This document shows positions 18,222 to 26,571 of a stretch of DNA of 27,746 nt, one piece after another (position 1 is the stretch's first letter; each line of letters begins with the position of its first letter). Source of the stretch: a virus (taxonomy: Duplodnaviria > Caudoviricetes); the IMG/VR virus record IMGVR_UViG_3300044513_000135, positions 1-27,746 of that record. One strand, 5' to 3'. Position numbers and translations under genes: made by a program. Below the pieces are notes generated by a model. That model was not told where the DNA came from, ran no database searches, and saw only the letters and a program-made list of their open reading frames with translations.

Positions 18222-18360
18222 ATACACACTACAAGTTCAACTACCCAGTATAGGCTGGGTGGTTGCTATTAAGACTAGCGACTTATTCTACATGGCTAGT
18301 AAGAGAGCAAGATTAATTAAAGAAGGGCATAAGGTTAAATTAACTAAGGAGAGTAAATAA
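18214..18360 (+). CDS. Small hypothetical protein (48 aa, MTRYTLQVQLPSIGWVVAIK...)
   Basis: AGGAG SD; fills the gap; stop overlaps the next ATG. Confidence 0.7.
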   Translation: MTRYTLQVQLPSIGWVVAIKTSDLFYMASKRARLIKEGHKVKLTKESK

Positions 18361-18554
18361 TGGCTAAATCAGAATACAAAGACTATATAGATAATTTATA
18401 TCTTAGAACAGAATTTACTAAAGATGCAAAGAAATCATCACAAAAATATTTAATAGCTATGGCTAGAATCATAGTATCAAATATGACTTTAAATAGTGTT
18501 GTTGCAGTAGCAAAAGCACTTTCAGAGAGAGCAGAGGAGATATCTAAACAATGA
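18360..18554 (+). CDS. Hypothetical protein
   Basis: Strong SD and TAATG coupling. Confidence 0.65.
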   Translation: MAKSEYKDYIDNLYLRTEFTKDAKKSSQKYLIAMARIIVSNMTLNSVVAVAKALSERAEEISKQ

Positions 18555-18808
18555 ACCTAATGTGCAATACCAAACATGGTGCTATTCAATGGAGATGGAA
18601 AGACTCAGGTCAACCATCTCCTGAATACAAATCATTGAATCATCAATGGTGGATTCCTAAGAAGTCAGAGTTTGAATTAGTAACTAAAGTTGATGCTGAT
18701 ATCAAACAAGAAATTAAAGATGAGATTTGGGAAGATATGCAATCTGATTTTGAATATCAGAAAAGCATTTACAAGATTCATAAATTAAATAAAAAGGAGA
18801 GTAAATAA
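18551..18808 (+). CDS. Hypothetical protein
   Basis: GAGGAG SD and ATGA overlap. Confidence 0.7.
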   Translation: MNLMCNTKHGAIQWRWKDSGQPSPEYKSLNHQWWIPKKSEFELVTKVDADIKQEIKDEIWEDMQSDFEYQKSIYKIHKLNKKESK

Positions 18809-18900
18809 TGGACTATCAATTATTAATATTAGTAGCTGCTGTAGCTTACCTATCTTATGGTGCTGCACTTTTAATTAACGACAGGAACAATAGAAAATGA
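18808..18900 (+). CDS. Small membrane peptide (30 aa, MDYQLLILVAAVAYLSYGAALLINDRNNRK)
   Basis: AAGGAG SD, coupled at both ends, single hydrophobic helix. Confidence 0.65.
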   Translation: MDYQLLILVAAVAYLSYGAALLINDRNNRK

Positions 18901-19073
18901 ACGTAACATTTAATTTAATGGGTGGTGGTGAGTTAAACATACCACAAAGAGCAATCAGTGGTTTCTATAAAGACCAGTTCACCAGCGAAGTTATTGTTGA
19001 AGTTGGTAATGATGAATACAAAGTTAGGGATTCCTTAGATGAAGTTAAATACATACTAGGACTAGCAAGATGA
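18897..19073 (+). CDS. Small hypothetical protein (58 aa, MNVTFNLMGGGELNIP...)
   Basis: ATGA overlaps at both ends. Confidence 0.7.
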   Translation: MNVTFNLMGGGELNIPQRAISGFYKDQFTSEVIVEVGNDEYKVRDSLDEVKYILGLAR

Positions 19074-19900
19074 AAATAGAATCACTTAAAAACTTTGAAT
19101 CTAAGCAAAAGGGTCAGGCTCTGATTTATAAAGACCTACCTAATGAGGACTATCATGCAAGTGTGGGTATCAGTAGTAGTTATGTTAGAAGGTTTGGTCA
19201 ATCCCAACTTCATGCAGTCAACTATACTTCTGAATATACTCCAGCACTTAAGTTTGGAACAGCAGCACATTCTTTATTAGTAGAAGGACAAGAAGCATTT
19301 GATAAAGAGGTCAGGGTGCTAACAGGTTCTCCTTATACTAAAGCATATAAAGAAGAGAAGGCTGAATATGAAGAGCAAGGATTCATAGTATTAAAAGAAG
19401 ATGAAGCTGAGATTATTACTGGCATGAAAGAGAATATGATATATGAGGGTAATGCTTATCTAAATGCAACTGGCAAGATAGCAGAAGCAAGTATCTACTG
19501 GTATGAAGATGACGTGCTATGTAAATGTAGACCTGATGTTATGTGTCCACCTTTAGATGAACCTAACTCAGATAACAAGATAGTCATTATTGATTACAAG
19601 ACTACACAATCATGTGAACCTCATGCTTTTAATTATTCAGTTAAGAAGTATGGCTATGATATGCAAGCTGCTTATTATAGAAGAGGAGTTATGATGGCAG
19701 GATATGAAGTTACTGATTTCTTATTTATAGCCCAAGAGAAGGTTCAACCTTATGCATCTAAGGTATTTAGAATCACAAAAGAACAAATGAACTTTGGCTG
19801 GACTATGATGGAGCAATACCTGAATGATTATAAAGAATACCAAAAAGGTAAACCTCTTAGTATTTACAATAGTCCTAATGTAGTGGATTTGGTTTTATAA
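19070..19900 (+). CDS. RecE / exonuclease VIII-like PD-(D/E)xK exonuclease (DUF3799-like)
   Basis: YHA...ISSS, GTAAH, EAS, KCRPD, DYKTT, YDMQAAYY, FIAQEK..PY. Confidence 0.9.
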   Translation: MKIESLKNFESKQKGQALIYKDLPNEDYHASVGISSSYVRRFGQSQLHAVNYTSEYTPALKFGTAAHSLLVEGQEAFDKEVRVLTGSPYTKAYKEEKAEYEEQGFIVLKEDEAEIITGMKENMIYEGNAYLNATGKIAEASIYWYEDDVLCKCRPDVMCPPLDEPNSDNKIVIIDYKTTQSCEPHAFNYSVKKYGYDMQAAYYRRGVMMAGYEVTDFLFIAQEKVQPYASKVFRITKEQMNFGWTMMEQYLNDYKEYQKGKPLSIYNSPNVVDLVL

Positions 19901-19909
19901 GAGGAAGCT

Positions 19910-21664
19910 ATGAACGTATTAAGTTTATTTGATGGAATGAGTTGTGGAAGGATTGCTTTAGAGCGTCTTGGTATAAAAGTAGATAATTATTATGCAAGTG
20001 AGATAGATAAGTATGCTATTCAGGTAAGCCAAGCTAATTACCCAGATATTATACAGGTTGGTGATGTAACTGAATTAGATACATCAACACTACCAAAGAT
20101 TGACTTGATTATGGGTGGTAGTCCGTGTCAAGGATTTAGTTTTGCTGGTAAACAATTAGCTTTTGATGACCCAAGGTCTGCATTGTTCTTTGAGTTTGTT
20201 AGATGTGTAGAGGAGTTAAAACCTAAATATTTTTTATTAGAAAATGTAAGAATGAAGAAAGAATATTTAGATGTTATATCTGAATACATGGGTGTTGAGC
20301 CAATAATGATTAATTCAGCATTAGTATCAGCACAAAATAGAATTAGATATTATTGGACTAACATACCTAATATAGAACAACCCAAGCAAAGGGGTATAGT
20401 TTTAAGAGATATATTAGAGAGTTCTGATTTATGGACAGAAACACCCCAATATTTAAAAAATTATTTAGGTGATAAACCAAGAGGAGATAGAGTTAAGTCT
20501 GTTGATGAAAAATCATCCTGTTTGACTGCAACTATGCACAAAGGACAAATAGGAAGTTATGTAAAAAAACAAAATAATTATCCGGATAATACATTAGATA
20601 AAATGACAACAAAAGATGGTAAATCTTATTGTTTGACTGCTAGATATCAAGGTGCTGAACCAAATAACAGTATTGAGAAAAAACAAAGAACCATGATACC
20701 AGTTGAAAATGAAAAAAAATTACCAAAAAATATAAATTTAATTTATGACAATAATGGCAAATCATATAAACCAATTAAAGTTGGTATGAATGTAGAGCAG
20801 GTAAAAGTAAGAAAGCATGAGGTAGACATAATCAGTTTGCAATATCTTTTACGAGAAATGAAAAAAGAGTCTAGTAAAACTAATAAACAAATAGCAGAAG
20901 AAACTAATACACCAATAACTAAAGTAGAACATTGGTTTAGAACTGATAGCAGTTTTGCCATACCAAGTGATGATATTTGGTTAAAATTAAAAGAAGTTCT
21001 TGGTATACAAACAGATGTTTTTGATAAACAAATTATGGAGTTTGAATACAGAGATGGTGTTTATGAAAGCAAACAACGTGTTTATAGTGAAAATGGTAAG
21101 TCACCAACTTTAACTGCTGGTAATAAAGAGCAGTATATTGAAACTTACGATTCACCTAAACAAGTAGGAACAGCAGTAGATATTAAAGGTCATGACCAAA
21201 TAAAAAGGGTTTACAGTCCAGATGGAAAATCTTCTACGCTTACAACTTGTGGCGGTGGACATAGAGAGCCAAAGGTAGCAGTATTTTCTGAAGATAGAAT
21301 AAACAAATTTAAAGAAACTTTAAAAGATAATCCAAAACCATCAGCCAATGGAATTATACAATTAAATAATCCAAGTCATTCAAGCAGCAGAGTTTATTCT
21401 CCTGAAGGAAAGTCACCTACATTGATGGCAGGTAATAGTGGTGGTGGGAAAGAACCAGTAAAGATAAATGATAATGTGTATTGGAGAAAACTAACTCCGG
21501 TTGAATGTGAAAGATTACAAACAGTACCAGATAATTATACAAATCATGTATCAAATACTCAGAGATACAAGATGCTTGGTAATGGTTGGACGATTGAGGT
21601 TATTACACATATTTTAAAGAATATGGATATAGATAAGGGCAAGAAGATACATGAGAGTATTTAG
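19910..21664 (+). CDS. DNA (cytosine-5) methyltransferase with expanded variable region
   Basis: Motif I SLFDG, IV GSPCQGFS, VI ENV, VIII QNR.R, IX RKLTPVECERLQ, X LGNGW. Confidence 0.93.
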   Translation: MNVLSLFDGMSCGRIALERLGIKVDNYYASEIDKYAIQVSQANYPDIIQVGDVTELDTSTLPKIDLIMGGSPCQGFSFAGKQLAFDDPRSALFFEFVRCVEELKPKYFLLENVRMKKEYLDVISEYMGVEPIMINSALVSAQNRIRYYWTNIPNIEQPKQRGIVLRDILESSDLWTETPQYLKNYLGDKPRGDRVKSVDEKSSCLTATMHKGQIGSYVKKQNNYPDNTLDKMTTKDGKSYCLTARYQGAEPNNSIEKKQRTMIPVENEKKLPKNINLIYDNNGKSYKPIKVGMNVEQVKVRKHEVDIISLQYLLREMKKESSKTNKQIAEETNTPITKVEHWFRTDSSFAIPSDDIWLKLKEVLGIQTDVFDKQIMEFEYRDGVYESKQRVYSENGKSPTLTAGNKEQYIETYDSPKQVGTAVDIKGHDQIKRVYSPDGKSSTLTTCGGGHREPKVAVFSEDRINKFKETLKDNPKPSANGIIQLNNPSHSSSRVYSPEGKSPTLMAGNSGGGKEPVKINDNVYWRKLTPVECERLQTVPDNYTNHVSNTQRYKMLGNGWTIEVITHILKNMDIDKGKKIHESI

Positions 21665-21782
21665 ATTTATGGAGAGTTTATCCTTTGCCCTTGAGATTAG
21701 TATAAGGGTTTTTGGAGAAGTAGGTAATAAAGTTCTAGCTTTATTATCAAATAAAATATAATATAAAAAATGGAGAGTCAGA

Positions 21783-21944
21783 ATGAACGAAACGAGTAAA
21801 AAAGCACTTTGGATTCCTGAAGAATTACATAAGGATATCAAGGTGTTTGCAATCACAAATAATATGAATATTGAATCAGCTACTCAGCTATTGCTGAAAC
21901 TTGGCATGGTTTCTTATAAAGAGAGCAATCATGGGTCAAAATAA
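21783..21944 (+). CDS. Putative ribbon-helix-helix DNA-binding protein (53 aa)
   Basis: Not in the ORF track. GGAGAG SD; KALWIPEELHKDIKVFAITNNMNIESATQLLL fits the Arc/CopG strand-helix-helix pattern. Confidence 0.65.
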   Translation: MNETSKKALWIPEELHKDIKVFAITNNMNIESATQLLLKLGMVSYKESNHGSK

Positions 21945-22095
21945 AGCAGCAGTAGATAAACGCAGAAAAGAACTAGAACAAGAGAAGCTAGATAATCAAA
22001 TCAAGTATTACTATTTGCAAAAAGGTGCTGGTGAGCATTACAGAGAAATACAATACATGAGTGGCAAAGTAGTAAGGACTGAGTTTAATGCTTGA
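21931..22095 (+). CDS. Hypothetical protein
   Basis: ATG at 21931 with GAGAG upstream; overlaps both neighbours. Confidence 0.6.
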   Translation: MGQNKAAVDKRRKELEQEKLDNQIKYYYLQKGAGEHYREIQYMSGKVVRTEFNA

Positions 22096-22195
22096 GTGGG
22101 TTCTATATTTTATAGCAGGAGTATTTGGTTTGGTTGCTATAGGTGGTTTGATTAGCATAGTGGCAGCAATATATATTTTAAACGAGTTAGATTAA
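22088..22195 (+). CDS. Small membrane peptide (35 aa, MLEWVLYFIAGVFGLVAIGG...)
   Basis: AAGGA SD, hydrophobic, TAATG-coupled to the resolvase. Confidence 0.6.
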   Translation: MLEWVLYFIAGVFGLVAIGGLISIVAAIYILNELD

Positions 22196-22617
22196 TGGTA
22201 AACAGCAGAAATAAAGGTGCAGCTTTTGAGAGGGTCATAGTTAATAAGATTAATACCATTCTTGAATCTAAAGACATAGATACAAGAGTTAAAAGAAACC
22301 TTGACCAATACCAAACAAAAGGCATGGCTGATGTTTACTGGGATAAGTTTGCCATTGAATGTAAAAGATATAAATTAAGTGCAAAGAAAACCATGTACAA
22401 GAACGAATGGTGGAAGCAAGCAGTAGAGAGTGCTGGTGATAGCTTAATACCAATATTAATTTATAAATATGATAGAAGAGATATTATGTGTGTAGTACCA
22501 CTGTTCTTGGTTACATCAGTTGATGCACCAAACTGGGAATGTACATATCTATGTCCACTATCTGAAATATGTGAAAGGTTAGATGAAATCTTACAAAAAG
22601 CTGATGGATTTAAATAG
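22195..22617 (+). CDS. Holliday junction resolvase-like PD-(D/E)xK nuclease
   Basis: SRNKGAAFER, AD....IECKR, WWKQA, PILIYK. Confidence 0.8.
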   Translation: MVNSRNKGAAFERVIVNKINTILESKDIDTRVKRNLDQYQTKGMADVYWDKFAIECKRYKLSAKKTMYKNEWWKQAVESAGDSLIPILIYKYDRRDIMCVVPLFLVTSVDAPNWECTYLCPLSEICERLDEILQKADGFK

Positions 22618-22792
22618 CTATCTGCTTCAGGAAGGTTTTGAAGAGTTTTGTAGGCGTGCCTATGAAAGAGTTTCAGCAGCTTGTAATTACTTAGGTATTA
22701 TAAATGATGAGACTTACGAGGATTTTAGAGAACGCAATTATGCATCTTTAGAATCTGATTACTTAAACAGTATTGATAGAACAATACATTAA
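22604..22792 (+). CDS. Hypothetical protein
   Basis: ORF between the resolvase and SSB-like gene; start uncertain (22583 or 22604). Confidence 0.55.
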   Translation: MDLNSYLLQEGFEEFCRRAYERVSAACNYLGIINDETYEDFRERNYASLESDYLNSIDRTIH

Positions 22793-22804
22793 TGGAGAAA
22801 AAAT

Positions 22805-23431
22805 ATGGTTGACATATTAGGTGGAATGTCTAATTCCAGCAATGAGAGTCAGCAAGTTTATCTTGCTTTCAAAACATCACATCAGCAATTTTTTGCTAAT
22901 GGTGAAACGCCAGTAGAATTTCAATATCTACAGCTTGACCCTTCAACATTCAAATCAGGATGGGGAAGATATACAAAAGCTGATGGATTTGAATATCATT
23001 GGGATGATAAATTTGGTGTAGTAGCACCTAAACCAGCAGATGACTATAAAAGAGCATTTAGTGCTTGGGTCTTTCCGCAAGGAGCTCAACATGCTTATTT
23101 GTGGCAAAGATTTACATTTGCTGAATCAAGTGCATTTAATAGCTTATTATCTACATTTTGGAATCAAATGGATTCTAGCTCAGCTAACTTACCTGTTGTT
23201 AAGTATGAAGGCTCTAAACCTATTCAAGTAGGTATGGGTAATTCATCAGAGCTATCATTTAGCTTTGCTAAGTTTGCACCTAGAACTGCTGAGTTTGTTA
23301 TACCTAGTTGGTATTTAGAACAAGAAGCACCAGTAGAGGATACATTTAAGAGTCCTAATGATGGTCTTGCAGATAAAGTGCAAGAGATGGTTGATAAGAA
23401 TGAATTATCTGATGATGATATCCCATTCTGA
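22805..23431 (+). CDS. Putative single-stranded DNA-binding/annealing protein
   Basis: Aromatic-rich core, acidic C-terminal tail ending DDDIPF, adjacent to the primase-helicase. Confidence 0.6.
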   Translation: MVDILGGMSNSSNESQQVYLAFKTSHQQFFANGETPVEFQYLQLDPSTFKSGWGRYTKADGFEYHWDDKFGVVAPKPADDYKRAFSAWVFPQGAQHAYLWQRFTFAESSAFNSLLSTFWNQMDSSSANLPVVKYEGSKPIQVGMGNSSELSFSFAKFAPRTAEFVIPSWYLEQEAPVEDTFKSPNDGLADKVQEMVDKNELSDDDIPF

Positions 23432-25374
23432 TGCAGTCAGTTGATTGGCAAAGAATAGCACCTGAGGTTGCTACACAATTACTAGGTGAGCCTAGTTCCA
23501 AAAAGTCACATGAGTGGCGATATGGAACGCATGGCTCACTAGTAGTCAATATAGAAGCAGGAACATGGTGGGATTTTGAGAATGATGTAGGTGGTGGAAT
23601 AATAGATTTAATTAAACATCTGAATAAAGATGTAAATACAGTTTTAAAACAGTTTGGTTATGACTTAGCATTACATTCTAATGACTCCTTATTGAGTGGT
23701 TTCAACCCCCCTAAAAGTGAAACCACGAGTAATGCTAGGTCATTCTCTAGGGAACAAATGATTGACCTTTACAAACAAGCTATTGTGAAGGTCAAATATG
23801 CAGATAACTTTATGGTTCTTAGATTCCCTGAAGGGCATCACATAAAGCAGAAATATGCACCTTTTACACTTAATCCTGATAGCAGTTGGTCTATGAAGCG
23901 ACCTGATGGGTTGTTACCTATTTATTACACTAATAAGCACAAAGACAAGCCTATCATTATAAATGAGGGTGAGAAGGCTCTCAGGGGTTGTGAGGCAATA
24001 TATGATGGTGATTCTTGTACTTGGCATGGTGGAGTTAATAGTTGGCAAAAGGCAGATTGGAGTCCTATATATAAAAGAGATGTTTGGATATTTCCTGATA
24101 ATGATGAAGCTGGTTTTAAATGTGCTAATGAAATAGCAAGTATGTTGAAGCAGAATGGATGTAGGGTTAAGCTAGCTCAACCCCCTGAATCATTTAATGA
24201 AAAAGATGATTTATATGATGCTTATGAAAGAGGTGATTTTAAAGATTCAAAAGCATTAGAAGAATACATTATTAATTGTACTGAGAAGAAACCTAAAGGT
24301 GCTGTTACCTTTACAAGAGCAGATAAGGTGTTAAGTCAAGTAGATAACCCTGACTGGCTCATAGAAGATGTAGTAGAAAAGGAATCATTAATGTGCATCT
24401 TTGGAGCTCCTAAGAGTGGTAAGTCATTTATTGCTATAGCTATGGCAGCTTCTATTGCAAAAGGTGAGAGATTTTATGGCAATAAAGCATACGCTAAACC
24501 AGTAATGTATGTATGTGGCGAGGGTCAGAGAGGTGTTAAAAGAAGATTAGCAGCTTGGCAACAAGGTATGTTTCAGCTAGATGAAGTGCCTTTATATCTA
24601 TCAGACAGAGCAGTTAGGGTAAACGACCCTGATGATTTTAAGATGTTAGAAGAGGAGATAGAAGAACTTACTAAGCAAGTAGGTGATATTGGCATGATTG
24701 TTATTGATACGTTTCAAAGAAACTTTATTGGTAATGAGAACAGTGCAGAAGATGTGGGTAACTTTATTAATAAATTAGATGGACTTATATCGCATTACAA
24801 ATGCTGTATTTGTTTAGTACATCATACTGGTCATGGCAACTCAAACAGAGGTAGAGGTTCTAGTGTTATGGGTGCTTCTTTAGATTATGAGTTTAAGGTC
24901 AATAGAAAAGATGACTATGTTACTGGATATGAGGGAGAGCAAATGCTTGTATCTTTTGAACAAACATTAAACAAAGATGGTCAAGGAATGGCTGTTAAGA
25001 ATTTTATGTTTCAAGAAGTGGAAATTAAAGGAGAGGGATTAAACCTTACATCAGGATTCTTAAAAGAAACTGATATAGACATAAAAGAAAAGAAAAAAGG
25101 TATAACTTATGACCAACAATTAGTTTTAAGTGCCTTAGAAAGAGAAGCACATATTGTTGATAAAGATAATCCTCAAGATGTGTATTTAATGCCAAAAGCA
25201 TTGTATGGAAGAGTTAGAGATGCTAATGGTGATGACAAAAGTCCTGATTCAATTAAAAAGATGTTAGGTAAGTTAAAAGACTTGGGTCATGTTATTTATA
25301 ATGAAGAACTTGGCTATCAGTCTAAAGAATTATCAGAAATTCCACCTAATTTTCCAAATGAAGCAGGGAACTAA
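23431..25374 (+). CDS. Primase-helicase (TOPRIM + RepA/AAA_25-type helicase)
   Basis: EGEKA, PDNDEAG, Walker A GAPKSGKS, Walker B VIDT, LVHHTG, RGSS. Confidence 0.92.
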   Translation: MQSVDWQRIAPEVATQLLGEPSSKKSHEWRYGTHGSLVVNIEAGTWWDFENDVGGGIIDLIKHLNKDVNTVLKQFGYDLALHSNDSLLSGFNPPKSETTSNARSFSREQMIDLYKQAIVKVKYADNFMVLRFPEGHHIKQKYAPFTLNPDSSWSMKRPDGLLPIYYTNKHKDKPIIINEGEKALRGCEAIYDGDSCTWHGGVNSWQKADWSPIYKRDVWIFPDNDEAGFKCANEIASMLKQNGCRVKLAQPPESFNEKDDLYDAYERGDFKDSKALEEYIINCTEKKPKGAVTFTRADKVLSQVDNPDWLIEDVVEKESLMCIFGAPKSGKSFIAIAMAASIAKGERFYGNKAYAKPVMYVCGEGQRGVKRRLAAWQQGMFQLDEVPLYLSDRAVRVNDPDDFKMLEEEIEELTKQVGDIGMIVIDTFQRNFIGNENSAEDVGNFINKLDGLISHYKCCICLVHHTGHGNSNRGRGSSVMGASLDYEFKVNRKDDYVTGYEGEQMLVSFEQTLNKDGQGMAVKNFMFQEVEIKGEGLNLTSGFLKETDIDIKEKKKGITYDQQLVLSALEREAHIVDKDNPQDVYLMPKALYGRVRDANGDDKSPDSIKKMLGKLKDLGHVIYNEELGYQSKELSEIPPNFPNEAGN

Positions 25375-25495
25375 AACAGGGAACTTAGGGAATTTTCAGG
25401 GAATTACAGGGAGTTTTTACATGAAAAACAAGAATTATCAGGGAGGGAAGGGATATATACCTATGGTATATCCCTCCTCCCTGTAAATGTTCCCT
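25364..25495. repeat. AGGGA(A/G) iteron array plus long imperfect palindrome: putative replication origin
   Basis: (C/T)AGGGAR at 25364, 25377, 25386, 25397, 25407 and 25439; palindrome 25439-25483; inverted GTTCCCT at 25489. Confidence 0.75.
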
Positions 25496-25512
25496 CTAAA
25501 ATAGGTATTATT

Positions 25513-26007
25513 ATGAAAACATATATAGACGAAACTTTAAAAAGCAAATTAAAAGAATTAAGGACTTATGAACTTGATGCTTATGTTAAGTGGGGTAATC
25601 GAAAACGAATCTTTAAAATGGTAGGTGTTAATTTTGAGATTAAGTTTTGTAGAGCAGAACAAATGCTAAAAGAATCTTTACAAAACGATTCTGCTCAAAA
25701 GAAACTTAAAATGGTTGAAATGATGTTAAGAGCTTTTGAGCAATTAAATATTAAATGTGAAGAAAGTGGATACGCACAAATACAACCAAATGCTAGATGT
25801 TTTAACTTTGATAACAAGACAGCTTTGATTTGTGATACTGATGATGAAAAACCTTTATTAGAAAAAATACATAAAGATGAAAAAGATATGGTGATATTTA
25901 GCGTAGAAGAATTATTAAGATGTATACCTAAAGATTTTATGCAAGCAAAAGTATTGCTATCTAAATTAGATAAGTCAGTTAATTTTCAGAAAGTAAATTA
26001 TGTCTAA
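25513..26007 (+). CDS. Hypothetical protein
   Basis: 164-aa ORF with AGGT SD. Confidence 0.75.
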   Translation: MKTYIDETLKSKLKELRTYELDAYVKWGNRKRIFKMVGVNFEIKFCRAEQMLKESLQNDSAQKKLKMVEMMLRAFEQLNIKCEESGYAQIQPNARCFNFDNKTALICDTDDEKPLLEKIHKDEKDMVIFSVEELLRCIPKDFMQAKVLLSKLDKSVNFQKVNYV

Positions 26008-26113
26008 GTGGCATGGTGGTAAAGGTAGCAAACGTAGACCTGAAGATAAGAAAAAGATAGATGCTAATTGGGAAAAGATATTTGGCAAAAAGAAAAAGGA
26101 AAAGAAGAAGTGA
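26000..26113 (+). CDS. Small basic peptide (37 aa, MSKWHGGKGSKRRPEDKKKIDANWEKIFGKKK...)
   Basis: Fills the gap; stop overlaps the next GTG start. Confidence 0.65.
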   Translation: MSKWHGGKGSKRRPEDKKKIDANWEKIFGKKKKEKKK

Positions 26114-26571
26114 ATAAGTTTTATAACGAAGATTTACCTTATGGAGAAGCTGGAGAAATGTTTGTATTAGATATTATCAACAGGAAACATCCAATGGCAT
26201 ACAAGATGGAAGGAAACTTTAGTGAATATGACATTATGATTCCTGATATAGAAAAGACTGTAGAAGTTAAAAGAGATAAGCATACCGATAGAACAGGTAA
26301 TGTTTTTATAGAAACTTACTGTAATAAAGTTGAATCAGGTATCAACATTAGTACAGCAGATTATTGGGCATATCTAACTAAGACTATGCTGTACTGGATT
26401 AAGTCGATTGATTTAAAGCTATGTATTTTAGAGAATGAAATACCTGAAGGTAAGAACTACATGATTGATGGAAAGATAATAGATGCTTACTTGATACCTG
26501 TAGATACATTTAAAACTTATTGTATGCGAATAGATACATTAACAGAGGAACAGCTATGCCAATTAAACTAA
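26110..26571 (+). CDS. PD-(D/E)xK nuclease-like protein
   Basis: GEAGE, YDIM...VEVKRD, TGNVFIE, SGI..S.ADYW; GTG start overlaps the upstream TGA. Confidence 0.7.
   Translation: MNKFYNEDLPYGEAGEMFVLDIINRKHPMAYKMEGNFSEYDIMIPDIEKTVEVKRDKHTDRTGNVFIETYCNKVESGINISTADYWAYLTKTMLYWIKSIDLKLCILENEIPEGKNYMIDGKIIDAYLIPVDTFKTYCMRIDTLTEEQLCQLN

Noticed and set aside
20480-21460. Intein or intron in the methyltransferase
   Set aside because: No C/S...HN splice motifs or LAGLIDADG motifs were seen; the frame is continuous and made of TRD-like repeats.
20582-21500. The only two CCGG sites I noticed both fall in the MTase gene
   Set aside because: CCG is rare throughout, so two events cannot support a foreign origin.
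19897-21637. ATAAG on both sides of the MTase gene as a target-site duplication
   Set aside because: A 5-bp AT-rich match is expected by chance, and there are no inverted repeats or transposase.
21651-21761. 36-aa ORF MRVFRFMESLSFALE...
   Set aside because: Weak SD, and it overlaps a stem-loop and a possible TATAAT promoter; more likely non-coding, though not excluded.
25289-25486. 65-aa ORF
   Set aside because: It overlaps the primase end and only reads through the iteron/palindrome array.
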